A stretch of DNA of 64,000 bases from an uncultured Dehalococcoidia bacterium (GTDB taxonomy: Bacteria; Chloroflexota; Dehalococcoidia; Lucifugimonadales; UBA826): NCBI GenBank assembly GCA_964343265.1, contig CAYFIW010000001.1, positions 6,709-70,708 on the forward strand, in the 5' to 3' direction. Below, piece after piece: positions 30,099-39,442 of the stretch (the first letter of the stretch is position 1; each line of letters opens with the position of its first letter). Position numbers and translations under genes: made by a program. The notes under the pieces are model-generated. The model was not told the origin of the DNA. It was given only the letters and a program-made list of their open reading frames with translations, and did no database searches.

Positions 30099-30959
30099 TC
30101 ACTGGATTTTTGTTGAAACAGCTATATTTTGTATGACCTCCAACGGGTCTTTATACGGAGATGAGTCCACAATAAATACAACTCTATTTGCACCTGCTTC
30201 AAAATAATTTCGGGCCTGCATCTCTATTTCATCTTCGTTTCCCGGATCAACGAAAACCGTTATCTCTATTTCTGAAGGATCTCTCCCTATCTTCTGGCAT
30301 TCTAGTGTCAAATTTTTCCGCCCATCAGATATAGCCTCTGTAGAAACTTTAAACGGAGCCCACCCATCTCCCCACAAGGCTGTTCTCTGAAAGACTCTCG
30401 GCCCACGGCTACCCAAAATAATAGGAGGATGGGGCGAAGAGACAGGTTTTGGATCAAATCTTAAAGGTGGAAAACTATAGTAATTCCCTTGGTATTCTGG
30501 TTGGTCCTCCGTCCACATTTTCTTCATGACTTCAATAGACTCCGTAGTTTGTGTCCATCGACGAGGAAAATCTCCACCCAACGCCTTAGTTTCCTCGGGT
30601 TGCCAACCAGCACCAATACCAAATAAGAATCTCCCCTTCGAGTATAAATCCAGGGTTGAAATCCTTTTTGCGAGATCTATTGGATGATGCTCAGGAACCA
30701 AACAAACCCCTGTTCCTAACATCATTTTTTCTGTCACTGCCGCCACGATACTCAATCCAATCAAAGGATCCACCATCTTTAGATACGATTCAGGTATTGG
30801 AGCACCCACAACACCACCAGGGCCAACAGAAGGATTCACAGGTATGACGACATGTTCAGGTAGCCAAATAGATTCGAACCCCATTCCCTCTGCAGTTGAA
30901 GAGAAGTTAGCTAAATCTACGGAATTAGAATTAAATGCAGAATGCAATCCTATCTTCAT
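30099..30959 (-). CDS. LLM-class (luciferase-like) flavin/F420-dependent oxidoreductase
   Basis: Segment MKIGLHS...GFESIWLPEH ... GRFLFGIGAGW. The refined ATG at 30959 is preceded by GGAGGA with a 4-5 nt spacer. Confidence 0.8.
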   Translation of the reverse strand: MKIGLHSAFNSNSVDLANFSSTAEGMGFESIWLPEHVVIPVNPSVGPGGVVGAPIPESYLKMVDPLIGLSIVAAVTEKMMLGTGVCLVPEHHPIDLAKRISTLDLYSKGRFLFGIGAGWQPEETKALGGDFPRRWTQTTESIEVMKKMWTEDQPEYQGNYYSFPPLRFDPKPVSSPHPPIILGSRGPRVFQRTALWGDGWAPFKVSTEAISDGRKNLTLECQKIGRDPSEIEITVFVDPGNEDEIEMQARNYFEAGANRVVFIVDSSPYKDPLEVIQNIAVSTKIQ

Positions 30960-31197
30960 ATTTTCCTCCGAAACATGCTCTAAAAACGATCCCACAATGT
31001 AAATTACTACAAAAGCGGGTCATTGATCGGTCCCCTAAATCCCTGTGAAAACTAAAATGAACTGTATAATTGTAGTGCCGGGTCGTCTAATCTACTCTAT
31101 TTACCCATTTGGGTCTCCAGAATTTCACTATTCGGTACACTGAATATCAATTTCAATATACTGAATTCAATCCATAGTAATTCTTGGAGGACACGTT

Positions 31198-32514
31198 CTG
31201 AAATTCGAACAACTAAACCTATCAAAGACGATTCTATATGGAATCCAAAAAACGGGGTATGCGGAAACTACTCCTATTCAAGAGAAATCGATTCCACTCG
31301 CACTAGAAGGGAACGACATATTAGGGCTTGCACAAACCGGAACCGGAAAAACAGCTGCGTTTGCATTACCCATCCTTGAAAAACTGTTATCAAGCCATGT
31401 TGGGCAAAAAAAACAACATCCCAGATCTTTGATTATCGCACCTACCAGAGAACTAGCAGATCAAATAAATCAGTCGATACAACAACTGGGAACAAAAACA
31501 AACCTCAAAAGTACAACTATCTATGGGGGCGTAAACAAAAATCCTCAAAATGAAGTTTTATCTAAAGGGGTAGATATTGTAATTGCCTGTCCCGGAAGGT
31601 TATTGGACCACATAAGAGAGAAGACCATAACCCTTTCAAAAATAGAAATGTTGGTGATCGATGAAGCAGATACCATGTTTGACATGGGATTCCTCCCAGA
31701 CATACGCAGTATACTTTCCCATCTTCCAGTAGAAAGGCAAACAATGTTTTTTGCGGCAACCATGCCTCCACCAATAAAAACACTGGCATCTGAAATTCTG
31801 GATTCTCCTAAATCTGTCCAGATAGGAATCATAGCTCCAGCAAAAACCGTCAAACATGCTCTCTATCCAACCACTGACAAAATGAAAAAACGTATGATCA
31901 TGCATTTGTTGAAACAGACCGCAACAGGGCAAGTCATGATTTTTACGAGAACAAAACGAAGAGCTAGATTTCTTGCCAGCGACCTTGAAAATGACGGATT
32001 TAAAGTGGCTCCACTGCAAGGAAATATGTCTCAAAATAAGAGACAGCAAGCGATATCGGGTTTTAGGAAAGGCAAGTATGACATCCTTGTAGCTACTGAC
32101 ATTGCCTCCAGGGGGATAGATGTCTCTGATGTAACTCACGTCATTAACTACGACATGCCAAATACTGTCGATACCTATATTCACAGGATAGGAAGAACCG
32201 GGAGGGCAGAAAATATTGGAGAAGCTTTCACTTTTTCAACTAGAGAAGACGAGCCACTAATAAGGAAAGTTGAAAAGATACTTGGTTCAGAAATTGAACG
32301 AAGAACTATAGAAGATTTTGACTACGGGGGATTTACTCCAAAACAAGATCATCACAACCCATCAAGGGGTCAAAGACAGGAAAGACAACACAGAAACGGA
32401 TCTAACCCAAATTCAAATCGGAACAATAAATCCGGAAGATCGTGGGGCAAATCTAAATATAGAGGAACCAGAAACAAAAGATCCTACAGAGACCGAACTG
32501 AAAACAAAAGATAG
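31198..32514 (+). CDS. DEAD-box ATP-dependent RNA helicase with a basic C-terminal tail
   Basis: The frame is open from 31165. Q-motif GYAETTPIQ and motif I AQTGTGKT lie upstream of the track start (31429). Also present: DEAD (VIDEADTMF), SAT-like motif III (AAT), HRIGRTGRA, and an R/N/K-rich tail. The only SD-supported start is CTG at 31198, with GGAGG 7 nt upstream. Confidence 0.85.
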   Translation: MKFEQLNLSKTILYGIQKTGYAETTPIQEKSIPLALEGNDILGLAQTGTGKTAAFALPILEKLLSSHVGQKKQHPRSLIIAPTRELADQINQSIQQLGTKTNLKSTTIYGGVNKNPQNEVLSKGVDIVIACPGRLLDHIREKTITLSKIEMLVIDEADTMFDMGFLPDIRSILSHLPVERQTMFFAATMPPPIKTLASEILDSPKSVQIGIIAPAKTVKHALYPTTDKMKKRMIMHLLKQTATGQVMIFTRTKRRARFLASDLENDGFKVAPLQGNMSQNKRQQAISGFRKGKYDILVATDIASRGIDVSDVTHVINYDMPNTVDTYIHRIGRTGRAENIGEAFTFSTREDEPLIRKVEKILGSEIERRTIEDFDYGGFTPKQDHHNPSRGQRQERQHRNGSNPNSNRNNKSGRSWGKSKYRGTRNKRSYRDRTENKR

Positions 32515-32578
32515 TTGCTGTAATATTCTCCAAATCTAAGTTTCGCCTAGAACAATTTTATGGAGAAGTTAAAGGTAT

Positions 32579-33631
32579 ATGAAGTTCGGCTTGTTTTGGC
32601 AAGTTCCAGGCCATGAAAAATCTGACGTGCAGGAACGTCACTGGGAAACAGTTGAGGAGATAATACTTGGCGAAAAACTCGGTTTCTACGAAGCCTGGTT
32701 AGCAGAATCTCCGTTCTACCCGACCAGACCGATGTCACAGCCTTTATTTGTCATATCCGCAGCCGCACAATACACTTCTAAAATTAGGTTCGGAACTCTG
32801 GCAACACAGGTCCCAATGCATCACCCCATTGAATACGCTACTTCAGCAGCGACATGTGACATCATGACGAAGGGCAGATTAGATTTATGCCTAGGTGGAA
32901 GGTATGGCGGAGGATCGAGTCACGTCATGGGAGTATCTGATCAAATAAGTTCTGATCAAAGCAGAAGAATGGTCAGAGAATTCACAAACATACTCCGTAG
33001 AGCCTGGAAAACTGACAGGTTAGACTTTAACGGTGAGTTTTGGAAATTCCAAGATGTGCCTGTACTACCAAAACCAGCTCAAAGTGAGGGACCATCATTG
33101 TTAATGGCTGCAAATAGCGACGGAAGTTTCGCATTCGCGGCGCAACAAAATATGGGAGTGATAGGCACGACGCTGAGTCAACCATTAGCAAATATAGAAA
33201 AACACTCTAATACTTTTTCCAATATATATTCCAACAACAATTCTTTAGATCCTCAACCATTTCATCTGGCAATTTCTTTTTTCGTTGCTGAAACAAAAGA
33301 AAAAGCACATCAAATAATGTCCAGAAATTGGCTTAAATCCGATGTTATATCCGATGGACCACCTGTGCACACCACCGCTATTGGCGGAGGAAGACATGAT
33401 TTTTCTTCCGGAGAAGGGGGATGGGGAACTTGGGATTTCGAATCAGCCACTAAACATTGTATTTACGACAGTCCAGAAGGATGTGTGGAACGATTAAGAG
33501 AAATTCAAAAACGAGTACCCGTCTTGGATCAATGCATTCTCGAATTTAATAGACGCGGCAGGCTTACTACTCGAGAAGTCCAAGACTCAATGAAATTATT
33601 CGCAGACAGAGTATTGCCCGTTTTCAACTAA
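32579..33631 (+). CDS. LLM-class flavin-dependent oxidoreductase / monooxygenase
   Basis: Segment MKFGLFWQVP...GFYEAWLAE, with the luciferase-like TIM-barrel pattern. Confidence 0.75.
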   Translation: MKFGLFWQVPGHEKSDVQERHWETVEEIILGEKLGFYEAWLAESPFYPTRPMSQPLFVISAAAQYTSKIRFGTLATQVPMHHPIEYATSAATCDIMTKGRLDLCLGGRYGGGSSHVMGVSDQISSDQSRRMVREFTNILRRAWKTDRLDFNGEFWKFQDVPVLPKPAQSEGPSLLMAANSDGSFAFAAQQNMGVIGTTLSQPLANIEKHSNTFSNIYSNNNSLDPQPFHLAISFFVAETKEKAHQIMSRNWLKSDVISDGPPVHTTAIGGGRHDFSSGEGGWGTWDFESATKHCIYDSPEGCVERLREIQKRVPVLDQCILEFNRRGRLTTREVQDSMKLFADRVLPVFN

Positions 33632-33653
33632 CCTTTCTAGGGAGACAAAAAAA

Positions 33654-36176
33654 TTGGAACAAGTTCTCAGCGGTTTGAGAATAGTTGAATTTGGAAATGA
33701 CGTAGCTGCCGCTAACGTTGGAAGGTTACTGTCGGCCTATGGTGCAGAAGTTATACTCGTTGAACCACCGGAAGGAAATATCCTCCGACATCTTCCTCCC
33801 TATGCAACCAAAACCTCAACCTCAGAACCTGACCTTGAGAAAAGCATCCTTTTTGCATACATGAGTACAGGGAAAAAATCCGTTCTCCTAGATTTAAATC
33901 AACCTCAGAACATACAAATATTAAGAGACCTTGTTCTCAGCTCAGACGGCGTAGTTGATAGTTACCAACCAGGATATCTGACCAAATTAGGCATTGATCT
34001 AGAAGAACTTTCGAACATAAAACCATCACTATGCGTCACAAGGATATCTCCTTACGGACAGACTGGGCCTAAATCCTCATGGAAAACCAGCGCACTGACA
34101 AGTTTTGCATCTGGTGGACAGATGTACTTAACAGGTGACCCAGACCGAGAACCACTCATGACGGCAGGACATCAGGCACACATACAAGGAAGTCTTCATG
34201 CACTCGGTGGTACATTAACCGCTTTATTTGCAGCAGAAAAAACCGGTAAAGGAGATGTTCTTGACATCTCTCTACAAGAAGTTCAGCTTGCTACCCTTGA
34301 GGGAGCAGGACCAGCCGCCCTTTGGTATGGATCTGAACAACCGAGGGGAGGCAACAATCCAAGGGCTTTATGGGGCGTCCATCCTTGCAAAGACGGATGG
34401 ATTGGCGTTGCATCCATGCCTCGCCAAACCCACTCTGTTTTGGACACCATAAACGCCTCAGCATTAAAAGATGACCCTCTTTTCAAAGACAATGCCTGGA
34501 GCCAAGAAGCTGACGATTTATTAAGACATTTAGTGCCGTTGTTTACTTTAGAGCATGACGCTGAGGAGATTTTTAAAGTCGCAAATTCTTACCGAGCCCC
34601 GTTTGCCATGATTCCTGAACCTAGTGACCTTTTGAAATGGCGCCACTATCAAGAAATAGATTTCTGGCAGAAAGTTACTCATCCAGTACTGGGTGAGCAT
34701 CCCGTTCCATCCGGACCAATATGGTTTAGCCCTGATGAAGGAGGGGAAAAACCACTTCCAGATAAAGGAATGTTTAGACCCGCTCCGACCCTAGGACAAC
34801 ACACAAAGGAAGTACTTGAAGCTTTAAATAGCCGATCTAAAACCTCTAAAACTATCAATAACACCACAGAATCAACAAAATGCGAAGACCCATATGGTCC
34901 TCCTTTAAAGGGCCTTCGTGTTATTGATATGACTCAAGTTTGGTCAGGCCCCTACGCCGCCCGCTTCCTGGCAGATATGGGCGCGGATGTTATAAAAGTA
35001 GAAGGACCTACTTTTCCGGACCCAATCAGAACCGCCACAAGACAACATCGCGCCGGGGAACCAGACATAAATGTATCCGCATACTTTAGTGAATATAACC
35101 GGGGTAAGAGAGGATTTGCTGTCGACATAAAACAAAAAAGTGGTCTAGAAGCGCTAAGAAAGCTAATCGCAACCGCAGATGTGTTCCTTGAAAATTGGTC
35201 TTCCGGTGTAGCTGATCGAAACTCTTTAGGTTATGAAGACATAAGATCAATCAATCCCAAAATCATATATGTCACTATGCCAGGTTTCGGTCACCAGGGT
35301 TCAGATTCATCCATGGTAGGATTTGGGCCGACTATAGAGCAAATGGGAGGGCTTGTCGCACTTCAAGGATATAAGGGAGGAGAGCCACACAAAACAGGGA
35401 TCTCTTATGGCGATCCAATCGCAGGGGCCACCTGTGCTGCTGCTATCGCCGCCGCCCTGTTAAGAAGAGAGAAAACAGGCTACGGGTGTTATTGTGTCTT
35501 GCCTCAAAGGGATGGAGTCACTGGTCTTGTTGGGGAATTCTTTATAGCAGAATCATTGGGCTTTCCGATGGAATTAAGGCTAGGCAACAGTTCCAATTTT
35601 TCTACTCCTCATAATATATACCCATGCAAGCCAGATGATAAACCGAGAATAGTTCTTGGACCTGACGGAAATCCTGTAGGCGAATTGTTTGATAGATGGA
35701 TCGCTATTGATTGTCAAAGTGACAAAGAGTGGGATGCACTAAAGAAAACCATAAATGATCCCAGACTCAATAACCAAGAATATTCGACTCTGCAGGGCAG
35801 ACTCAAATATACGGAACAGATAGATAAAGTAATATCAGAATGGACCTGCGAGAAAGATCCTCACGAATTGGAGAACTTACTTCAGTCAAAACAAATCACA
35901 GCGTCATCAGTGGCGACAGCTGCTTCACTTCTAAATGATAATCATATCAAGGAAAGAAACGTTTTTATCTCTGTGATTCACTCTATTGTAGGTACTCACA
36001 GTACAGCTAGGCCGACCTGGAGATTCTCTAAGCGTACTAGTCTTCCATCTAAATCTAGCCCATTGTTTGGGGAACATAATGAAGAAATACTAAAAGACCT
36101 AGGATACGACGAGGAGATTATATCTTCTATGAAACAAAGTGGCGCGATATCTAAAACACTCCTAGGAAACAGGTAG
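33654..36176 (+). CDS. Tandem (duplicated) family III CoA-transferase (CaiB/BaiF) fusion protein
   Basis: Two complete modules in one 840-aa ORF. Module 1 starts LSGLRIVEFGNDVAAANVGRLLSAYGAEVILVEPP. Module 2 starts near residue 420 with LKGLRVIDMTQVWSGPYAARFLADMGADVIKVEGP. TTG start with GGGAGA upstream. Confidence 0.8.
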   Translation: MEQVLSGLRIVEFGNDVAAANVGRLLSAYGAEVILVEPPEGNILRHLPPYATKTSTSEPDLEKSILFAYMSTGKKSVLLDLNQPQNIQILRDLVLSSDGVVDSYQPGYLTKLGIDLEELSNIKPSLCVTRISPYGQTGPKSSWKTSALTSFASGGQMYLTGDPDREPLMTAGHQAHIQGSLHALGGTLTALFAAEKTGKGDVLDISLQEVQLATLEGAGPAALWYGSEQPRGGNNPRALWGVHPCKDGWIGVASMPRQTHSVLDTINASALKDDPLFKDNAWSQEADDLLRHLVPLFTLEHDAEEIFKVANSYRAPFAMIPEPSDLLKWRHYQEIDFWQKVTHPVLGEHPVPSGPIWFSPDEGGEKPLPDKGMFRPAPTLGQHTKEVLEALNSRSKTSKTINNTTESTKCEDPYGPPLKGLRVIDMTQVWSGPYAARFLADMGADVIKVEGPTFPDPIRTATRQHRAGEPDINVSAYFSEYNRGKRGFAVDIKQKSGLEALRKLIATADVFLENWSSGVADRNSLGYEDIRSINPKIIYVTMPGFGHQGSDSSMVGFGPTIEQMGGLVALQGYKGGEPHKTGISYGDPIAGATCAAAIAAALLRREKTGYGCYCVLPQRDGVTGLVGEFFIAESLGFPMELRLGNSSNFSTPHNIYPCKPDDKPRIVLGPDGNPVGELFDRWIAIDCQSDKEWDALKKTINDPRLNNQEYSTLQGRLKYTEQIDKVISEWTCEKDPHELENLLQSKQITASSVATAASLLNDNHIKERNVFISVIHSIVGTHSTARPTWRFSKRTSLPSKSSPLFGEHNEEILKDLGYDEEIISSMKQSGAISKTLLGNR

Positions 36177-36177
36177 C

Positions 36178-36936
36178 CTACTCAAACATGGCAATGGCCA
36201 CAGTTATGTTGTCATGTCCACCATTGTCATTTGCTTCTCCAATTAGCCGATCAATCATCTCTTCAATCGATCCCTCTCTCAAAATATCACAAATTGTTGA
36301 ATCCTCTACCAAGCCGTGAAGCCCATCCGAACATATCAGTAATCTATCACCAGAATGTGTTTCTAATTTTAGGAAGTCTGACTCCACATCATCGTCAATG
36401 CCAAGAGCCTTAGTTATAACATTGCGGTTCGGGTGAACTCGTGCTTGCTCATTAGTTATATGACCATCTTTCACCAACTGAGCTACCCAGCTATGGTCAT
36501 CAGTTAATTGCTTCAGGTCTCCATCTCTCATCAAGTAGGCCCTGCTATCACCAACATGGCCTATGTGACACTCACCAGCAATAAAGATGGCAACTGTACA
36601 CGTTGTTCCCATTGACCCTTCAGGGCTAGCCTTTCCTCTTTTGACAATTTTCTCGTTAGCCATCGAGAATGTATCCTTCAGCAAATCCTTAATATGCCGA
36701 TGCCCGATATCAGTACTAGAAAACACTTCCTCGAAAGTTTCAGCCGCTATTCTACTGGCAACATCTCCTGCAGTATGCCCACCCATCCCGTCAGCAACTC
36801 CCAAAACCGCATCTATTTCTCCAATAGATTTTGATTTTGCAAGCTGAATGAAATTATCCTCGTTTCTGGATCTTTTTTGTCCCACATCAGTTTTAGCCAA
36901 TATTTCCATGTCCAAATTCTGGCTAATGTAATCCAA
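36178..36936 (-). CDS. PP2C-family Ser/Thr protein phosphatase
   Basis: Motifs TDVGQKRSRNEDN, VADGMGGH, CSDGL and a terminal GGHDNITV. Confidence 0.85.
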   Translation of the reverse strand: MDYISQNLDMEILAKTDVGQKRSRNEDNFIQLAKSKSIGEIDAVLGVADGMGGHTAGDVASRIAAETFEEVFSSTDIGHRHIKDLLKDTFSMANEKIVKRGKASPEGSMGTTCTVAIFIAGECHIGHVGDSRAYLMRDGDLKQLTDDHSWVAQLVKDGHITNEQARVHPNRNVITKALGIDDDVESDFLKLETHSGDRLLICSDGLHGLVEDSTICDILREGSIEEMIDRLIGEANDNGGHDNITVAIAMFE

Positions 36937-37007
36937 AACTATCTCCTCTCATTAACTTGCACTCAGTTTTTATAAAAAGTGAGAATAAAATATTCCCACA
37001 AAATTGA

Positions 37008-38309
37008 CTAAGAGCTTACCTGATGTTGTTTTATCAGATCATCTATGCCCCTAACATTTGAATTTAGTAGTCCACAACCTATTGAGAACATCGACACAAG
37101 TACTCCCCCCACCGCCACAGTCGTGGCTACACCTACGCTACCGTTTTCAAAAAATCCTGCTAGTCCTCCTGCATACATTGCACCCAAAGGCATAATACTA
37201 AACGTCATCCCATGAAATCCCATCACTCTTCCCCTCATACGATCAGGAACCAGCAGTTGAATTGTGCTCATTATAGATATCAAGTAGGCTGAATTACTTA
37301 AACCCATGATCAACATAAAGATCATAGCAAGATAATAATGCTCATATTTTAATGAAGTTAGGGAGAAAACTGTAAGAGTCAGCCCAAATAACACAGATCC
37401 CGCAATGAGCAACAACCGCGTCCTTCCAGCCGTACCTATTCGACCCAATAAAAGACTCATAGCCAAGGCACCCATTCCACTAATGCCAACTAATACACCT
37501 TGGCCGTCCGCACCTACTCGTAAAATATCAGTTGCAAAAACTGGCATCATAGGGATGTATGCCATTCCAAAAAAGCTGTTAAAAAACGTCATTAAAATCA
37601 ATATTAAAAAAATGTTATTTGCCGTCAAAAATTTAACAACGACAAATAACCCACGATCCTCGGTCAAAAGATCTTTGGGATCCGTAAATCTATTGTCAGA
37701 GTTCGTAGATTTCCTTACCTGCAATGTCATCACGACAAATACCATGACGAAAAACCCAGCAGATGAGATTAAAAAAGATACTCCCTCTCCCACCCAAGTA
37801 ATTATGAACCCCGCGAAAGCCGGAGCAATTATTCGATTACTCATCCATATGGTTGAGTTGAGTGCAACTGCGTTACTCATCGCTGAACGCTCAATTAGGC
37901 TAGGATAAAGAGCCTGTCTCGCTGGCTGGTCAAAAGCATTGACCCCACCAGCAAGAAAAGCAATAACTATGACATGTGATGAACTCACAATATCTGTAAA
38001 AGTCAGAGTTCCTAAAATCAGTATCAGAAACCCATTTGTGGATTGTGTGATCGCGATGAGGCGTTTTCGATCTATCCTGTCAGCCAAAACACCACCAAAA
38101 AGATTTAAGGCGATCGCGGGTCCCGCATTAGCAAGGCCGACATATCCTAGAAAAATAGGGTCTTCTGTAAGTCGATGTATCAACCAAAATTGAGTAAACG
38201 TCAACATTTGAAAACCTGTCACAGACGCCAAAGTTCCAAACCAATAGGACCTAAATGAATCGAATCCCATAGCCGGACCTAACAATCGCACAAGAAATGA
38301 TGACATCAT
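37008..38309 (-). CDS. MFS transporter (12 TMS, ENTS/MFS_3-like)
   Basis: Motif GGVLADRIDRKR (motif A-like), with about 12 hydrophobic segments. Confidence 0.75.
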   Translation of the reverse strand: MMSSFLVRLLGPAMGFDSFRSYWFGTLASVTGFQMLTFTQFWLIHRLTEDPIFLGYVGLANAGPAIALNLFGGVLADRIDRKRLIAITQSTNGFLILILGTLTFTDIVSSSHVIVIAFLAGGVNAFDQPARQALYPSLIERSAMSNAVALNSTIWMSNRIIAPAFAGFIITWVGEGVSFLISSAGFFVMVFVVMTLQVRKSTNSDNRFTDPKDLLTEDRGLFVVVKFLTANNIFLILILMTFFNSFFGMAYIPMMPVFATDILRVGADGQGVLVGISGMGALAMSLLLGRIGTAGRTRLLLIAGSVLFGLTLTVFSLTSLKYEHYYLAMIFMLIMGLSNSAYLISIMSTIQLLVPDRMRGRVMGFHGMTFSIMPLGAMYAGGLAGFFENGSVGVATTVAVGGVLVSMFSIGCGLLNSNVRGIDDLIKQHQVSS

Positions 38310-38425
38310 GAGAAAATACTTTAACTCATAGCATTTGTATAAACTAACTTGTGCACTAATCCTATTAGTGATGCTACGATTCTTCTAACTCCGCACGCAT
38401 AGGCGGGTTTTAAGGGAGTTGACAA

Positions 38426-39442
38426 TTGACATGTTCTGACGAAAGTCATATCTACGAAGCAACAGATGATGACACTCCAGCTTTTGTTGGAATTGATACT
38501 TTTTTGCAAGGTCCATTTGTTAAAACGCCAAGCCAACTACGTGAATATAAAGCCGACGTTGCTATAATTGGCGCGCCATTTGACCTAGGTGTCGTACACA
38601 AACCAGGCGCGAGATTTGGCCCTCGTGCCATCAGACAGGCAGGATATTTTGGGGCTCCAAATGATGATATATATCATATAGGCTTAGGTATATACCCAAC
38701 GGACGAACTGAAAGTCGTTGATTATGGCGACGCCAATTGTCCTCCCAATTCTATTGAATTGAGCCACCGAGCCATAGAAGAGAAGGTTCGACAAATTCTC
38801 GATACAGATACAATTCCCGTAGTTATCGGGGGCGATCACTCCATCACCTTGCCTTCAGCGACAGCCGTTGCGAATCATTTTGGATTTGGAAATGTTGGCA
38901 TGGTTCACTTTGATGCTCATGCTGATACAGCCCCTTCATCTTACGGAGGTGTGCTAGAGTCACATAGCACTCCGATGCGTAGGTTGATTGAATCCGGAGC
39001 AATACCAGGCAAAAATTTTATCCAAGTCGGTCTTAGAGGATATTGGCCACCCCACACTTTATTTGATTGGATGAGAGAGCAAAAAATGAGATGGCATCCA
39101 ATGTCTGAAATCGAGACAGATGGATTTGACTCTGTGATAGATAAAGCAATAAATGAAGCACTTGATGGACCGGACAAAATATATTTATCGGTGGACATTG
39201 ACGTACTAGATCCCGCATTCGCTCCCGGTACTGGAACCCCGGAGCCAGGCGGGTTAAGTTCATCACAATTATTACGTGCTATAAGAACGATATCCAAATC
39301 GGTTGAAATCGTTGCAGTAGATATTGTTGAAGTTGCACCACATTATGAAGGACCCGCGAGTATCACAGCAGAGGCAGCACACCGTATGATGCTGGAAGCA
39401 ATTAGTGGTATTGCAGTTTATAGGAAGAATAATCGTACCTAG
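38426..39442 (+). CDS. Ureohydrolase-family enzyme (agmatinase / guanidino-acid hydrolase-like)
   Basis: Mn-binding motifs GGDHSIT, HFDAHADT and SVDIDVLDP. TTG start with AAGGGAG 7 nt upstream. Confidence 0.85.
   Translation: MTCSDESHIYEATDDDTPAFVGIDTFLQGPFVKTPSQLREYKADVAIIGAPFDLGVVHKPGARFGPRAIRQAGYFGAPNDDIYHIGLGIYPTDELKVVDYGDANCPPNSIELSHRAIEEKVRQILDTDTIPVVIGGDHSITLPSATAVANHFGFGNVGMVHFDAHADTAPSSYGGVLESHSTPMRRLIESGAIPGKNFIQVGLRGYWPPHTLFDWMREQKMRWHPMSEIETDGFDSVIDKAINEALDGPDKIYLSVDIDVLDPAFAPGTGTPEPGGLSSSQLLRAIRTISKSVEIVAVDIVEVAPHYEGPASITAEAAHRMMLEAISGIAVYRKNNRT

Noticed and set aside
31545-32184. Antisense ORFs within the helicase gene (31545-31853, 31562-31789 and 31636-32184). Similar antisense ORFs lie within the LRR gene (51085-51396, 51380-51616, 51556-51849) and the selenoprotein gene (42625-43176, 43421-43711)
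   Set aside because: All are nested opposite genes with strong family motifs, and none has independent coding evidence.
31429-32514. The ORF-track start (TTG at 31429) for the DEAD-box helicase
   Set aside because: That start would delete the Q-motif and Walker A motif, which are encoded in the same open frame upstream. It is replaced by the CTG at 31198.
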